Assembly (NCBI GenBank): GCA_945830395.1
Contig: CALZYE010000005.1
Coordinates: forward strand, 19,601 to 83,600
Source of the DNA: an uncultured Clostridia bacterium
Lineage (GTDB): Bacteria; Bacillota; Clostridia; Peptostreptococcales; Anaerovoracaceae
Direction: 5' to 3'
DNA length: 64,000 bases
Position numbers and translations under genes: made by a program. The notes under the pieces are model-generated. The model saw only the letters and a list, made by a program, of their open reading frames with translations. It was not told the DNA's origin and searched no databases. Shown here in pieces: positions 1 to 9,693 of this stretch (positions are counted from its first letter, which is position 1; each line of letters starts with the position of its first letter).

Positions 1-568
1 ATTCATTAGGGGATTGCATATACTCATAGTGTGTATTTCCGGTTGTATCCGGATAAGCCGCAATTGTCACCTTGTAGCCTATTGCATCATCATCCTTGTA
101 ATTTACCTCTGCAATTTTAATTACCTGCCCATCAGGGATAATTACTCTTTTCAAGTCTCCTCCTGACATAATCATGTCCACCACAAAGCTTCCGTGAGGT
201 AGTTCCTTTGCATTCACTTTAATAGTTATGCCGGTCTTAATATCTCCGGACACATTGCTATCACCAAATACAACTTTGCATACCTCAGGGTTCTTAATCT
301 CTATAAAAGTCAATTCAAATTCATCCTTTTTGCTCTTCTGTGGCTTTGCCACAACATCTCCGCCCCAGGCTTTAATTTCTCCTACATCTCGTTCATTTGT
401 ATTGCCTAGACCATTATCCGAGATATATCCTAGGTTCTTAAATGCTTCATCGATTTTTTCCAATGCATTCGCTGGTAAGGCTGTTTTGAGTGGAGCTCTA
501 AAAAATGCCCCTCCGACCTTAGGTTTTCCGGTAGATACATTAGCTGCATTATTAACTACTTCTGCCAT
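1..568 (-). CDS. Major tail protein (runs off the left edge; not in the ORF track)
   Basis: Manual translation MAEVVNNAANVSTGKPKVGGAFFRAPLKT...LGYISDNGL...IKAWGGD...; RBS AAGGAGG; follows tail-completion genes. Confidence 0.88.
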   Translation of the reverse strand, partial: MAEVVNNAANVSTGKPKVGGAFFRAPLKTALPANALEKIDEAFKNLGYISDNGLGNTNERDVGEIKAWGGDVVAKPQKSKKDEFELTFIEIKNPEVCKVVFGDSNVSGDIKTGITIKVNAKELPHGSFVVDMIMSGGDLKRVIIPDGQVIKIAEVNYKDDDAIGYKVTIAAYPDTTGNTHYEYMQSPNE

Positions 569-582
569 TTTTATTTCCTCCT

Positions 583-918
583 TTAGTAGTGAATTATGTC
601 AAAAACTGCTTGATATCTATATTGCTTTGTTTCTACGCTTGGAAAATAATAGTCTGTATCAAGCTCAACTTTACTAACTTCTTTTTTAGATATAAAATTT
701 TCCATTGCAAGTTTAACATCTTCATTGAGTTTTGCTGCTTCGTACAGAGATTTTCCGTATGATTGAATCGCGAAACTAGACCTTTTAATATGATTCTTGA
801 GTCTTGAACCTGTTTTTTGTATTACAATAAAACTTTTCTTTGATTCTGCAGGAATTTCCATAGTTACACTAACTTTTAGTATTTCCTCTAAATAGTTTTT
901 TAATACTATTTCTATCAT
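583..918 (-). CDS. Tail terminator / tail completion protein
   Basis: Size and position before the major tail gene; C-terminal YRYQAVFDI motif. Confidence 0.7.
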   Translation of the reverse strand: MIEIVLKNYLEEILKVSVTMEIPAESKKSFIVIQKTGSRLKNHIKRSSFAIQSYGKSLYEAAKLNEDVKLAMENFISKKEVSKVELDTDYYFPSVETKQYRYQAVFDIIHY

Positions 919-1155
919 TTACTTCACCGCCTTTAGCAAAGTATTATTTTTTGAGTTCTCTCTTTTAGCCTCAAAGGTTTCAGCATGAACTGAAGCATTT
1001 GCTCGACTTTTTCCTGTATAAGTCGTAACTTCATAGCCTGTTCCACACTTTGATTGGACTGCTCTTGCATGTTCTTCACAAATGGATTTCATCTCTTCCG
1101 ATTTCAAAAGTTCTCTGACTCCTGCTCGGTTCAGTTCAAATTTAAAATTACTCAT
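919..1155 (-). CDS. Neck / tail-completion protein (HK97 gp10-like position)
   Basis: FELNRAGVRELLKS...NTLLKAV, typical of siphovirus neck genes; synteny. Confidence 0.65.
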   Translation of the reverse strand: MSNFKFELNRAGVRELLKSEEMKSICEEHARAVQSKCGTGYEVTTYTGKSRANASVHAETFEAKRENSKNNTLLKAVK

Positions 1156-1483
1156 ATCTCTCCACCGTGACTTTTTTATTCCAGTTTAGTGGAATATTTC
1201 CTTCAATTCCTTCAAGTGGTATTCCAAAGGTTCTCCAAATTTTACCAAAAAACTCTACCTTTTGGTCTATCCAATCATGGTCATCCCCTTTGGGGATTGC
1301 TAGTGTATATACAGCATGTTTTCCATACAAATTTAAAGCATCTAACTTTTCATCTGCGGATGTTGGTGCAACTAAAACATTTTTAACTTCTATAAGATTC
1401 CCATCTGTTATAATTCCTCTTCCAAAAGGGTCTTTTTCGCCTTTCATCTGAGGAATTATACTTACTGTAATTCCTTTAATCAT
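1148..1483 (-). CDS. Head closure / head-tail adaptor
   Basis: DPFG...VxNVLVAP...WN motif; synteny. Confidence 0.65.
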   Translation of the reverse strand: MIKGITVSIIPQMKGEKDPFGRGIITDGNLIEVKNVLVAPTSADEKLDALNLYGKHAVYTLAIPKGDDHDWIDQKVEFFGKIWRTFGIPLEGIEGNIPLNWNKKVTVERYE

Positions 1484-1862
1484 TTTGTCCCACCATGCTT
1501 TCTATAGGACTATATGTTCCAATCCGATTGCTTAACCCTAGAATTTGCTTTTCTTGCTTGGACAAATATAGTTCTCCTGTAGAGCCATTGCCCATAGTCC
1601 ATGACTGTGAATAACCAAGGGCTGCTATTGAACCTTGTGTTGCTCCCATAGGAACAGATTCTTCATTGCTATTTCCTATGGCACGTCTTACCATCCTACA
1701 AGTAACTAATCTTTTTTTATCGTCAGTTGCAGTTTTTGCAACTGAGTCAATAATTATTCCAGCTTCTTCAATCAGAGCTTCACATATCTTTTCTTTGTCA
1801 GTAGTAAAATTTTTAAACCCTGCCTTTATCTGCTCTATTGTAGCGTACTTCAATACGCTCAC
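1476..1862 (-). CDS. Head-tail connector (Gp19/Gp15/Gp42-like)
   Basis: YAT..., V.C.MV.RA, G.YSQSWT...G.LYL motifs; synteny. Confidence 0.75.
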   Translation of the reverse strand: MSVLKYATIEQIKAGFKNFTTDKEKICEALIEEAGIIIDSVAKTATDDKKRLVTCRMVRRAIGNSNEESVPMGATQGSIAALGYSQSWTMGNGSTGELYLSKQEKQILGLSNRIGTYSPIESMVGQND

Positions 1863-1863
1863 C

Positions 1864-2079
1864 TCATTTCTTTTCAGCTTTTGAGTTTTTCTCTGTGGTT
1901 TCTTCTTCAGTGGTTTCTTCTTCAGCAGTTTCTTTTATGGCTTCCTCTTCAACTACTTCAGATTCTTTAGTATCGGAAGATTCAACGACAGGAATATGTC
2001 CTGCCGCCTTATATTCTTCAACTCTATCTTCGTGAACCCACATGTCATTTCCAAGCTCTTTATTTAAAAACTTAACCAT
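1864..2079 (-). CDS. Small acidic virion-associated protein
   Basis: Directly after the capsid gene; Glu-rich C-terminus with EEETT repeat. Confidence 0.55.
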   Translation of the reverse strand: MVKFLNKELGNDMWVHEDRVEEYKAAGHIPVVESSDTKESEVVEEEAIKETAEEETTEEETTEKNSKAEKK

Positions 2080-2083
2080 AGTT

Positions 2084-2923
2084 TTACGCCTTTGTTAGTT
2101 TATTAAATACTGTGGTATCACAGCGGAAGCCTAATTCGATTTCAGCTAGAACTGCAAACATATTCTGTTCAAATAAGTTTACATCTCCAACTGTTGCTTG
2201 GTCTGAGAATTTAATTTGTACGCCTTCTACCGTACCATATACTGCCTGTGTCCAATCTCCTATAAATCCTACAGTATTAGGAGAACCTGCAACATATGCT
2301 CCCTTCGACTGTAGAGTCTTTGCACCAAGAATCATAGGAATTGAGCCTTCAGAAACTGAATTGATAAATAGTGGTCTTCCAGTCTGATCCTTTGATGCAA
2401 GAAGCGTACCTTTTGCCACAGGTGAAATTACATACCCACTAACAATCCCATTATGTGTGGAGATGTCCATATCTGCTGCAACTAATCCATCATAGGCATT
2501 AGTTCCTATTTCCTGTGCAGTACATTCCTTTAACTGGTCGAAATTTTCTCCAGGCTTGTTAGTTGCACCAAAAACTGTTGCATCAAATTCCTGTGCCAAT
2601 GCTAAAGGCAATCTTTTTACTAACTCATCATAAAGAGACTTATAATCTCTCTTAAACTCTTGTGAAAAAGTTTCGATAACCGCAAGCTTATATGGAGTTA
2701 GTTCTTTTTTCTCTAAAGTAGGATTTGACACAGGTTTTTTTGTTCCTTCTGTAACCCATTTAGCTTTTGCATCTCCAGTAATAACAGGAATTGTTACCCC
2801 ATTACCAGGCAACTGAACCTGTCTTGCAAGCTGCATAACCGCTGAATTTTCCTGTGTCTTCTGAATAATTTCTGTGCTTATTTCACTTGGTAACTGTATT
2901 GATTTTCTTGTAATATCTGCCAT
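2084..2923 (-). CDS. Major capsid protein (HK97 fold)
   Basis: WVTEG.KKP, L.PYKLAVI, NLFEQNMFAV.AEIE.GF motifs. Confidence 0.93.
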   Translation of the reverse strand: MADITRKSIQLPSEISTEIIQKTQENSAVMQLARQVQLPGNGVTIPVITGDAKAKWVTEGTKKPVSNPTLEKKELTPYKLAVIETFSQEFKRDYKSLYDELVKRLPLALAQEFDATVFGATNKPGENFDQLKECTAQEIGTNAYDGLVAADMDISTHNGIVSGYVISPVAKGTLLASKDQTGRPLFINSVSEGSIPMILGAKTLQSKGAYVAGSPNTVGFIGDWTQAVYGTVEGVQIKFSDQATVGDVNLFEQNMFAVLAEIELGFRCDTTVFNKLTKA

Positions 2924-2940
2924 TTTTCTTTCCTCCTAAA

Positions 2941-3411
2941 TTAATTAAGCGCTTGTTCTATCCAATCTGCGAACTGGTCTCTAGTTTTGCCTGATGGTGG
3001 ATTATTGGGTTCCCCACCGTCTGGAACACTTGGTGCACTGTGGCTTCCTTTTGCAAAATCCAAAAGTGCTTTTGCTTGTGAAAGACATTCCTCTTCGGTA
3101 TTTCCAGTTAGTAAACTTTCTGGAATTTCTTTTTCTTTTGCTACTTTGCTACGCATATCTCTAACAGTATTTGCTGCCTTTAATTTTTCAAGTTCAGCTT
3201 TGTATGAGTTTGCGCTTTCCTGTGCTTTTTGAAGTTCAGATTTTGAGTTTTCTTCAATTTCATCAAACTTAGCAGCTTTTGCCTTTAAGTCCTCATAATC
3301 TTCAAACTTCAGCCTTTCTCTTGCAAGTCTTTCCCCAATTATCTGTTCAAGTTCTTCTTGCGTGAAAGTCTTTCCACCTTCTGGTGTATTTGTTTTATTC
3401 TGTTCTGCCAT
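2941..3411 (-). CDS. Capsid scaffolding protein
   Basis: KTFTQEEL..II.ERLARER motif, coiled coil, upstream of the capsid gene. Confidence 0.85.
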   Translation of the reverse strand: MAEQNKTNTPEGGKTFTQEELEQIIGERLARERLKFEDYEDLKAKAAKFDEIEENSKSELQKAQESANSYKAELEKLKAANTVRDMRSKVAKEKEIPESLLTGNTEEECLSQAKALLDFAKGSHSAPSVPDGGEPNNPPSGKTRDQFADWIEQALN

Positions 3412-3458
3412 TTTATTTCCTCCTTGAGTATTCCATATTTAAGGCATATGTTGCCAAT

Positions 3459-3485
3459 AAAAAAACCGGCCTTATGGCTGGTTTT
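3459..3485 (-). terminator. Intrinsic terminator after the 3497-3706 ORF
   Basis: AACCAGCC-ATAA-GGCCGGTT followed by a T run on the minus strand. Confidence 0.6.
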
Positions 3486-3496
3486 AAATATTCTTA

Positions 3497-3706
3497 TTAA
3501 TAATCTATTCCGAACTCTTTTAAATCTGCATCCGAAACTTCTAACTCAGTTCTTATTATATCTAACATTTCATAGTATGCCAAACATTTCCCATCTATAA
3601 ACTCATCTTCTGTATTTTTCTTTTGTTCCTGTAACGTTTCAGAGCTTCTTTCTAATAATCTCTCTATTATATATTTTAATCTTTCTTTTGTAATATCACT
3701 TGTCAT
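3497..3706 (-). CDS. Small acidic hypothetical protein, candidate immunity partner of the minor head protein C-terminus
   Basis: 69 aa; overlaps the stop of the upstream minor head gene; followed by a terminator. Confidence 0.6.
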   Translation of the reverse strand: MTSDITKERLKYIIERLLERSSETLQEQKKNTEDEFIDGKCLAYYEMLDIIRTELEVSDADLKEFGIDY

Positions 3707-4640
3707 TATTTTTTCTCCTATTTAGTTCATCTTCTCTTCTACGAACACTTTCTTTAAAATTCTTTATTTCTTTTTCCCAATGCTTAATCAATCCAGCCTT
3801 ATGTTTATCACTATATTTATCCCACTCAAAAACCTTTATTTTAGGGTTTTCTATATATCTCTGGTGCTTATAAATCTGTTCTTTGTATTTCCTTATACCT
3901 TTTTCAAGTGAATTGTCGCTTTGGTTCGCAATATCCTTCTCCTTGATTTTATCACTATTCTTTTGATATTTCAACAATTTACGTTCTCGTTTATCCTTTT
4001 CTCTGCGCAAATAATTCACTTTTTCTTCTAACGTATTTCCCTCTGCATTGTCAAATTCCTTTTTTATAGCATCAGGATTATATCCTTCAACTCCCATCGT
4101 TCCGTCAAAACGAATTGCAAACTCGCATTTGCAGTTATTATGAATATGCTTTGCATGGTCACCATTCATAACTTTTTTAGATGCATGTTGCCAACCGAAT
4201 GATGATATCATTCTACAAAACATACAGCCATCACCGGATGTAATCCATGCAAATTCTGCTCTATCGCGTTTTGCATTTTTCAACATAGTATCCGCAGCAA
4301 CTTGTTTTACTTGCCTTCCAACGCCCGGTGCAATTTTTAACTTTTGGTTATAAAGCGCATTTACCATCTTTGCACTTTCCGGAATTGTCGTTGTGGGAGC
4401 AATCTCTGCTGGTTGAACTTTTACTTTTTGTACTTTTGCTATTTCATCATACATCTGACAAGCTAAAGCTCCACTTGCCTCACCGTACTTCACTGCAATG
4501 GCATTTGCTATTTCAATAAAGGTATTCCTTGTCGCATTAGGGTGCATTTTTATCCAAAATAGCATTTCATTTGCTGCAACTTCATTAATCTTGGCCAGGC
4601 TCTGTATGTATTTCTTCCAATCCTTCTTTGATATTTCCAT
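3696..4640 (-). CDS. Minor head / morphogenesis protein (MuF-like) with C-terminal extension
   Basis: Located between portal and scaffold; CMFC...H..C.C metal motif; extra basic C-terminal region. Confidence 0.75.
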   Translation of the reverse strand: MEISKKDWKKYIQSLAKINEVAANEMLFWIKMHPNATRNTFIEIANAIAVKYGEASGALACQMYDEIAKVQKVKVQPAEIAPTTTIPESAKMVNALYNQKLKIAPGVGRQVKQVAADTMLKNAKRDRAEFAWITSGDGCMFCRMISSFGWQHASKKVMNGDHAKHIHNNCKCEFAIRFDGTMGVEGYNPDAIKKEFDNAEGNTLEEKVNYLRREKDKRERKLLKYQKNSDKIKEKDIANQSDNSLEKGIRKYKEQIYKHQRYIENPKIKVFEWDKYSDKHKAGLIKHWEKEIKNFKESVRRREDELNRRKNNDK

Positions 4641-6021
4641 TTAATGATTCCTCTAATATTGATTGTCCTCTTGCCCTCTGCTCTTGTGACTTAATTCTTC
4701 TTATATCTGCCTGGTCAAATCCAACCATCTCCAAGAATATATCCGTATTTGCAAAATTCTCACGTTGTGAAGCAATTTTAACGGCTGCATCAGCAGTTGC
4801 TGCAACTGATGGCATTGCTGGATTTTTGAAATGAGCTACATAACTTCTATCTTCTTCAGATAGTTCATCCAAAGATATTTTTTTAGTAATTGCAAGTGCC
4901 ATTTGGGCTATCATAGCCAAAGAATCACCATTACTTGTGTTTAATTGCTCTGCTAAAAGCACAAGTGTTTGTGACTGCGCCAAAATTGCATCACTTGAAG
5001 TAGGATTTGCATTATTAACAACTCCGGTATCAGTTACCGTTAATCCTGTTGCTGCACTAAACTGTGTGGCCAGCAAACGAATCATTTCTACATGAGGAGT
5101 GATTGAACCTTGTGGTAGTTGCCCATAGGTAGGTTTTTCACCTGTTTCAGGATTTGTAGTAGACATTAATATGTTTCCAACATACTGTTTGAATTTGCTG
5201 TTTATAAGCGCATCATACTGGTCATCAGTAACACCTAATAAATATTTTTGTGGTGATGTCGCAAACTCAAGTCCTATTGTTGCATTTGCAATAGTTCTAA
5301 TATGACTTTGAATTAATCTCCTAATAGGTTCTTTTATCCTAGACCGTCCGAAAGGTTTTCCGGATGTTGCATTCCAAATCAAAGGCTCCATCAGAGGTCT
5401 TCCAAGTTTGTGAGGATGCCTTTCAGCTTTCCATGTATCTCCTAACCGTCTTAAAACCCACACTTCGTTATCTGTATATAAATTTATAATTGATGCAGTC
5501 CATGTATATTTATCTTTTTCATCGGGTGCAGTATCAATTATTGCCATACCGCAATCAATCCTGCCTTTTGACCCATTCCAAAGGCCTGCTGCTGTCTGTG
5601 GTGAGTGAAATCTTATTTTTGCTCCAACCTCTTTATCTGCTGACAATGTCGCAAAATCACACCCATACTTCAGCTGGTCACGACAGGCTTTCATATACTC
5701 TGCTAGTAATCTATTTCCTTCAACAATTTTGTTCAGTTCTTTAGAAGGTTCGCCATCCTTACCAACAAATCCATCAAACATTGACCTTGCAGCAAGAACA
5801 TCTACACATTTACCTCCCCATTCACAGCCTATTTCTAAACCCCTGAAGGCTTCAGGAAGGGCAATCCCTAAATTAACTTCGGAAAGTTTTATATGCCCTT
5901 CATAGTATTTTGATTTCTTCATGTTTTTTCCTAGATGGTAGTTATAAACCTCAACTAATTCATTTAGTTTTTTCCGATTTTCGTAATCTAGTCCAATTAC
6001 ATTTCCAATCTGTAAATACAT
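4585..6021 (-). CDS. Portal protein
   Basis: 478 aa directly after TerL; PFGRSRI motif. Confidence 0.9.
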   Translation of the reverse strand: MYLQIGNVIGLDYENRKKLNELVEVYNYHLGKNMKKSKYYEGHIKLSEVNLGIALPEAFRGLEIGCEWGGKCVDVLAARSMFDGFVGKDGEPSKELNKIVEGNRLLAEYMKACRDQLKYGCDFATLSADKEVGAKIRFHSPQTAAGLWNGSKGRIDCGMAIIDTAPDEKDKYTWTASIINLYTDNEVWVLRRLGDTWKAERHPHKLGRPLMEPLIWNATSGKPFGRSRIKEPIRRLIQSHIRTIANATIGLEFATSPQKYLLGVTDDQYDALINSKFKQYVGNILMSTTNPETGEKPTYGQLPQGSITPHVEMIRLLATQFSAATGLTVTDTGVVNNANPTSSDAILAQSQTLVLLAEQLNTSNGDSLAMIAQMALAITKKISLDELSEEDRSYVAHFKNPAMPSVAATADAAVKIASQRENFANTDIFLEMVGFDQADIRRIKSQEQRARGQSILEESLNGNIKEGLEEIHTEPGQD

Positions 6022-7419
6022 TTATCCAATCCTCATCTTTCTTGATGGATCACGCTTACTTGTTTGTGCTCCCCAGAGTGCCAAAGCGACAGCCTCAATA
6101 GGTGCTGAATCATTTCCTCCAAACCCCCAACCTCCAGCAATCGACCTTTTAGTTGCGTTTCTTGCAGACTCATTTAAAATATCCTGATATAAATACCAGG
6201 ATACTTTCGTTTCATTTACCGAATCATTGAGAAGGCTTACTGCTGCAAGCATCTCTTTTGCGGTTGGTCTTATAACCGAATTTTTTATTTTCCAAACTTC
6301 CGAAATTCTTTCGACAAGTAAGTCTACACCGTTTCGCCCATCTATAACTGTGCAACAGGCTTTTTTATATCTTTCATTTAGCCAGTCCGCAAGCCACCTA
6401 CTTCCCTCTGCAGTTGACTTATATTCAATCAGAGATACTCTAGGAACACCATCTGTTGGAATAACTGCTCCTGCAAGAGCAACCATTGAACCATCAGCAG
6501 TAAATTTAACTCCATAAGCTGTTTTACCCTCTGGCTTTGGTAATTTTGAACTGCATCTATCCCATGCGGCTGTATCTAATGCAAGCACATCTTTATGTTC
6601 TATAATAGGACTCCACCAACCCAACCTCTCTCTTGCAAATGTATCTTCTGGCATTTGCTCTGATTCGGTTGCTACAGTATTTTCTAAAATTCTACGACCC
6701 AACGCAGGATTCGTAGCATACCATCTTGTTTTGTCTTTTATGTCACCTATTTTATCAACTGAAAATTCAAACCAAGAAGCATTGTTGGTATTTCCACCTA
6801 TAATTTTATCTCTCAATTCCCTGAAAACTGTGCCTTTCGTTTCAGGTGAAGGTGGTGTTCCCAAATATAAAGTCTGTGGATTTTTAGAAGCTGCCAATGC
6901 TGGAAGCCAACTTGCTTGCTGAGTTTCTTCAAGTTCTTGTGCTTCATCGAACACAAGTAAGTCTCCATGTTTTCCTCTTCCACTGACTCGTGTTCTTGAC
7001 AAAAATTTAATTCTTGCACCTGCATATAGGATTATTTGCTCTCTTCCTATTGCTGATCTTATTTCTTTTACTCTTTTATTTAATTTGGGATGTTCAAAGA
7101 ATGCTTTAAGTTCTTCAAATGTCTCTGTAGCTGTACTCTGAACTTGCGCAGTGTAAACGACTTGCTCGTTAAAAAGCAACATCCCAACAATACATCTTGC
7201 CTGAATCAATGCTGATTTCCCATTTTGCCTTGGAACACTTCCTCCGCAACTGGAAGCCGCCCAAAGTTTATTTTTATTTCTGGACATCCAATCACAAATT
7301 ATTGTTTCTTGCCAAGGATCTAATGCGATACCACCAATCTTCATGATTTTTATAGCATCTTCTCCGTCAGTCTCATAATGTTCCGGAACGATTCTTACGG
7401 ACGGCTCCTGACTTCCCAT
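6022..7419 (-). CDS. Terminase large subunit
   Basis: VPRQNGKS Walker A, LVFDEAQE Walker B, YLGTPP coupling motif; probable start MGSQEP at 7419. Confidence 0.95.
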   Translation of the reverse strand: MGSQEPSVRIVPEHYETDGEDAIKIMKIGGIALDPWQETIICDWMSRNKNKLWAASSCGGSVPRQNGKSALIQARCIVGMLLFNEQVVYTAQVQSTATETFEELKAFFEHPKLNKRVKEIRSAIGREQIILYAGARIKFLSRTRVSGRGKHGDLLVFDEAQELEETQQASWLPALAASKNPQTLYLGTPPSPETKGTVFRELRDKIIGGNTNNASWFEFSVDKIGDIKDKTRWYATNPALGRRILENTVATESEQMPEDTFARERLGWWSPIIEHKDVLALDTAAWDRCSSKLPKPEGKTAYGVKFTADGSMVALAGAVIPTDGVPRVSLIEYKSTAEGSRWLADWLNERYKKACCTVIDGRNGVDLLVERISEVWKIKNSVIRPTAKEMLAAVSLLNDSVNETKVSWYLYQDILNESARNATKRSIAGGWGFGGNDSAPIEAVALALWGAQTSKRDPSRKMRIG

Positions 7420-7636
7420 TCTCTTCTCTATTCGTGATGATGTTCGCAAGTTCATCTCCTTCAATCTCCATGTTTTCTATGGTTTCAATTTCCGCTATAG
7501 TTTCTCTATACTGCTTTGCGATAGATGCGAATGACTTTTCTTCGCATATTTCCAACTGTTCTGCAAGCATTTCTGCAAGCTTTTTTAACATCTCAAGGCG
7601 ACTTTTTCTCCTAGTTATCGTTTTTAATTTCGCCAT
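7373..7636 (-). CDS. Terminase small subunit
   Basis: 87 aa immediately upstream of TerL; A..A.QYRETI.EI motif. Confidence 0.7.
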   Translation of the reverse strand: MAKLKTITRRKSRLEMLKKLAEMLAEQLEICEEKSFASIAKQYRETIAEIETIENMEIEGDELANIITNREENGKSGAVRKNRSGTL

Positions 7637-7654
7637 GCTTACTCCTTTTTGAAA

Positions 7655-7725
7655 AAAACCTTGTGTGTAATTTGGCGCTGGACGTCGCGTCTCGCCTGTG
7701 CCGGCCGAGGGGGTACCCTCCCCAC
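7655..7725. other. Candidate cos / packaging site
   Basis: Unusually GC-rich non-coding stretch with GGGGGTACCCTCCCC between HNH and TerS, the usual cos position in HNH-terminase phages. Confidence 0.5.
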
Positions 7726-8097
7726 CTACCAGTCTCCATCTATTATATTTAATAGTGCATTTTTATGAGGTAATTCGGTTTTGGCTTCAATGTTTTTTGA
7801 TAAATCAAAGCCAACCTTGTTACTTTTCGCTTGATTACAACAATAATGAGCCGCTTGAAGATTGTTCCAATCCTCTGCAGCTTTTCTTGCTGATGCATAT
7901 CCATACTCTTTCCATCTACTAACAGGTATTATTTCATCAACTACAAACGACAATGGATAGTTATGATTTGATGGTGCACTATAATCTATTGGACCATATC
8001 TACCTTTGCAAATTCCACACTCACAGCCCATGGCTTTAAGCCTAGCCCGGTGCTTTCTGCGTAGGGCACCATTTGCATACCGGGGGTTATTTGCCAT
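7726..8097 (-). CDS. HNH endonuclease (terminase-associated)
   Basis: CGIC...VDEIIP...NLQAAHYCCNQAKS. Confidence 0.9.
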   Translation of the reverse strand: MANNPRYANGALRRKHRARLKAMGCECGICKGRYGPIDYSAPSNHNYPLSFVVDEIIPVSRWKEYGYASARKAAEDWNNLQAAHYCCNQAKSNKVGFDLSKNIEAKTELPHKNALLNIIDGDW

Positions 8098-8144
8098 AGG
8101 GGGGTACTCCTTTTTATATAATATTTATAATTAAAATGAACTTC

Positions 8145-8363
8145 TTAAATGTTTGCTAATATATCCTTTAATGTTTTAGCTTCAGCTTCTGTTATTGTTA
8201 TTCCTTTTCCACAGCTGTCATGTGCTGGAGACCATCGCCTTATATCAATCTTGGGTTCTCCGCCATTCCAGGATATTAAATTCACTTCCAGTTTCCATGG
8301 ATTATCAGATGCTGCGCCAATAGTTCCATAATGCTTTTTTATTTCTTTCTTTATTTCTTTCAT
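8145..8363 (-). CDS. PC4/YdbC-family ssDNA-binding protein
   Basis: LEVNLISWNGGEPKIDIRRW...KGIT.T..E motif. Confidence 0.88.
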   Translation of the reverse strand: MKEIKKEIKKHYGTIGAASDNPWKLEVNLISWNGGEPKIDIRRWSPAHDSCGKGITITEAEAKTLKDILANI

Positions 8364-8501
8364 GGTTAGTCTCTCTTTCAAAACAAAAAGAACCCTAGTG
8401 TTTTCTAGAGTTCTCTTTGTAGTTTTATATCATATAGCAGTTCAATATGTTCTTTTTCACAATATAATAATATCACCTTTTCTTTTCCCCGGTATGGCGA
8501 T

Positions 8502-8894
8502 TTAGTCTAATATAAATAATTCTTTCGCTATGGCATATATAAATTTATATTTATAATTGCTATATGTTCTTTTATGGGCATCACAAGGATATGGAATATC
8601 ATGCACAATATTATTCCATACTCCAGTCATATATTCCGTTGGTATTTTTTCTTTAGCTTTGTCAATAATATTTATCTTCTCAATGTATTTGATTCGTCTT
8701 AATACTTTGCGCTCAACATCGGAGGAGTTATGACCTTGTCCTTTAGGCTGTCCATCGGGAGGCGGCGGTGACTCTTTTAATATTTTATCTGCCTCATCTT
8801 TCATGCGGTCATAATCTCTAATAATATTTAATGTCTGTTTATATGTTGTACCAGGCAACTTGTACTTACTCTTTTTTCTTTGATAATCTCGCAT
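8502..8894 (-). CDS. Late transcriptional regulator (RinA/ArpU-like)
   Basis: Position at the early/late boundary; C-terminal HTH-like segment. Confidence 0.55.
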   Translation of the reverse strand: MRDYQRKKSKYKLPGTTYKQTLNIIRDYDRMKDEADKILKESPPPPDGQPKGQGHNSSDVERKVLRRIKYIEKINIIDKAKEKIPTEYMTGVWNNIVHDIPYPCDAHKRTYSNYKYKFIYAIAKELFILD

Positions 8895-8895
8895 G

Positions 8896-9693
8896 CTACA
8901 ATATCCTTTCTTGTTCCTCTATGTAATTGACTTTATATCTTTCTTTATGTTCAACCCTCTTTCCTTTTGGCCATGTCTTACACTTTGGAGTTTTTAATGC
9001 AACCTCAATATACTCAAGGTGCATTAGCCCAGTAACTGGATGTTCAAACTGTCTTACTCTATCCTTTGGGATATAATAACCCTTTGTTGGTTTTGGGTCT
9101 TGTGAAAACGCTTTGGCGGATACTTCCTCACGCTTTGTTACTGGCATTATTAAATTTTTACTGTGGGAATATCTTTGTTTGTGAATTGAATCTTTTTCTC
9201 TAAATGTTTTCTCAGTTTCTTTTATGAGATATTCTGCTAGATTATGATAATCCCCTTCTTCGTATAGTGGAGTTATATGGACAGCTCCCTTTCCCCAAAC
9301 TCTCTGTATCATTTCAACATCCAAGGAATTGATTATAAAGTGATGATGTATTCTGTGATTCTTATATTCCGTAACCACAATATATTTTAATTCCATTCCT
9401 AGCTTTTTATATTTTCTTTTAAGTCTGTCTATAAAATTCTTTCTATCTTTTGCCGCTCTTTCTCTATCAACCTCGACTGCATAAGTTAAAGAATAGTGAC
9501 CATCCTTCGATGAGAAGTTATTACAGATTAACATCCATAATCTAAACATGGCTAATCTGAAATTATTTTTCTTAACCTTGTCACTTGTTATATTCAATTT
9601 GTTTTTTCTTTTTCCACCATGTTTTCCTGAGGGGCATTTTACCAATCTATGAATTATATCTCCAGCAATTGTTGTATCACGAACAGTTCTCAT
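8896..9693 (-). CDS. HUH-superfamily rolling-circle replication initiator-like protein
   Basis: Motif I HYSLTY, motif II RIHHHFII (HUH), motif III LAEYLIKE (YxxK). Confidence 0.82.
   Translation of the reverse strand: MRTVRDTTIAGDIIHRLVKCPSGKHGGKRKNKLNITSDKVKKNNFRLAMFRLWMLICNNFSSKDGHYSLTYAVEVDRERAAKDRKNFIDRLKRKYKKLGMELKYIVVTEYKNHRIHHHFIINSLDVEMIQRVWGKGAVHITPLYEEGDYHNLAEYLIKETEKTFREKDSIHKQRYSHSKNLIMPVTKREEVSAKAFSQDPKPTKGYYIPKDRVRQFEHPVTGLMHLEYIEVALKTPKCKTWPKGKRVEHKERYKVNYIEEQERIL

Noticed and set aside
228-677. 149-aa plus-strand ORF, and the many other ORFs antisense to phage and host genes
   Set aside because: It is the shadow of the major tail gene on the minus strand; these ORFs have no RBS or motifs and overlap well-supported genes
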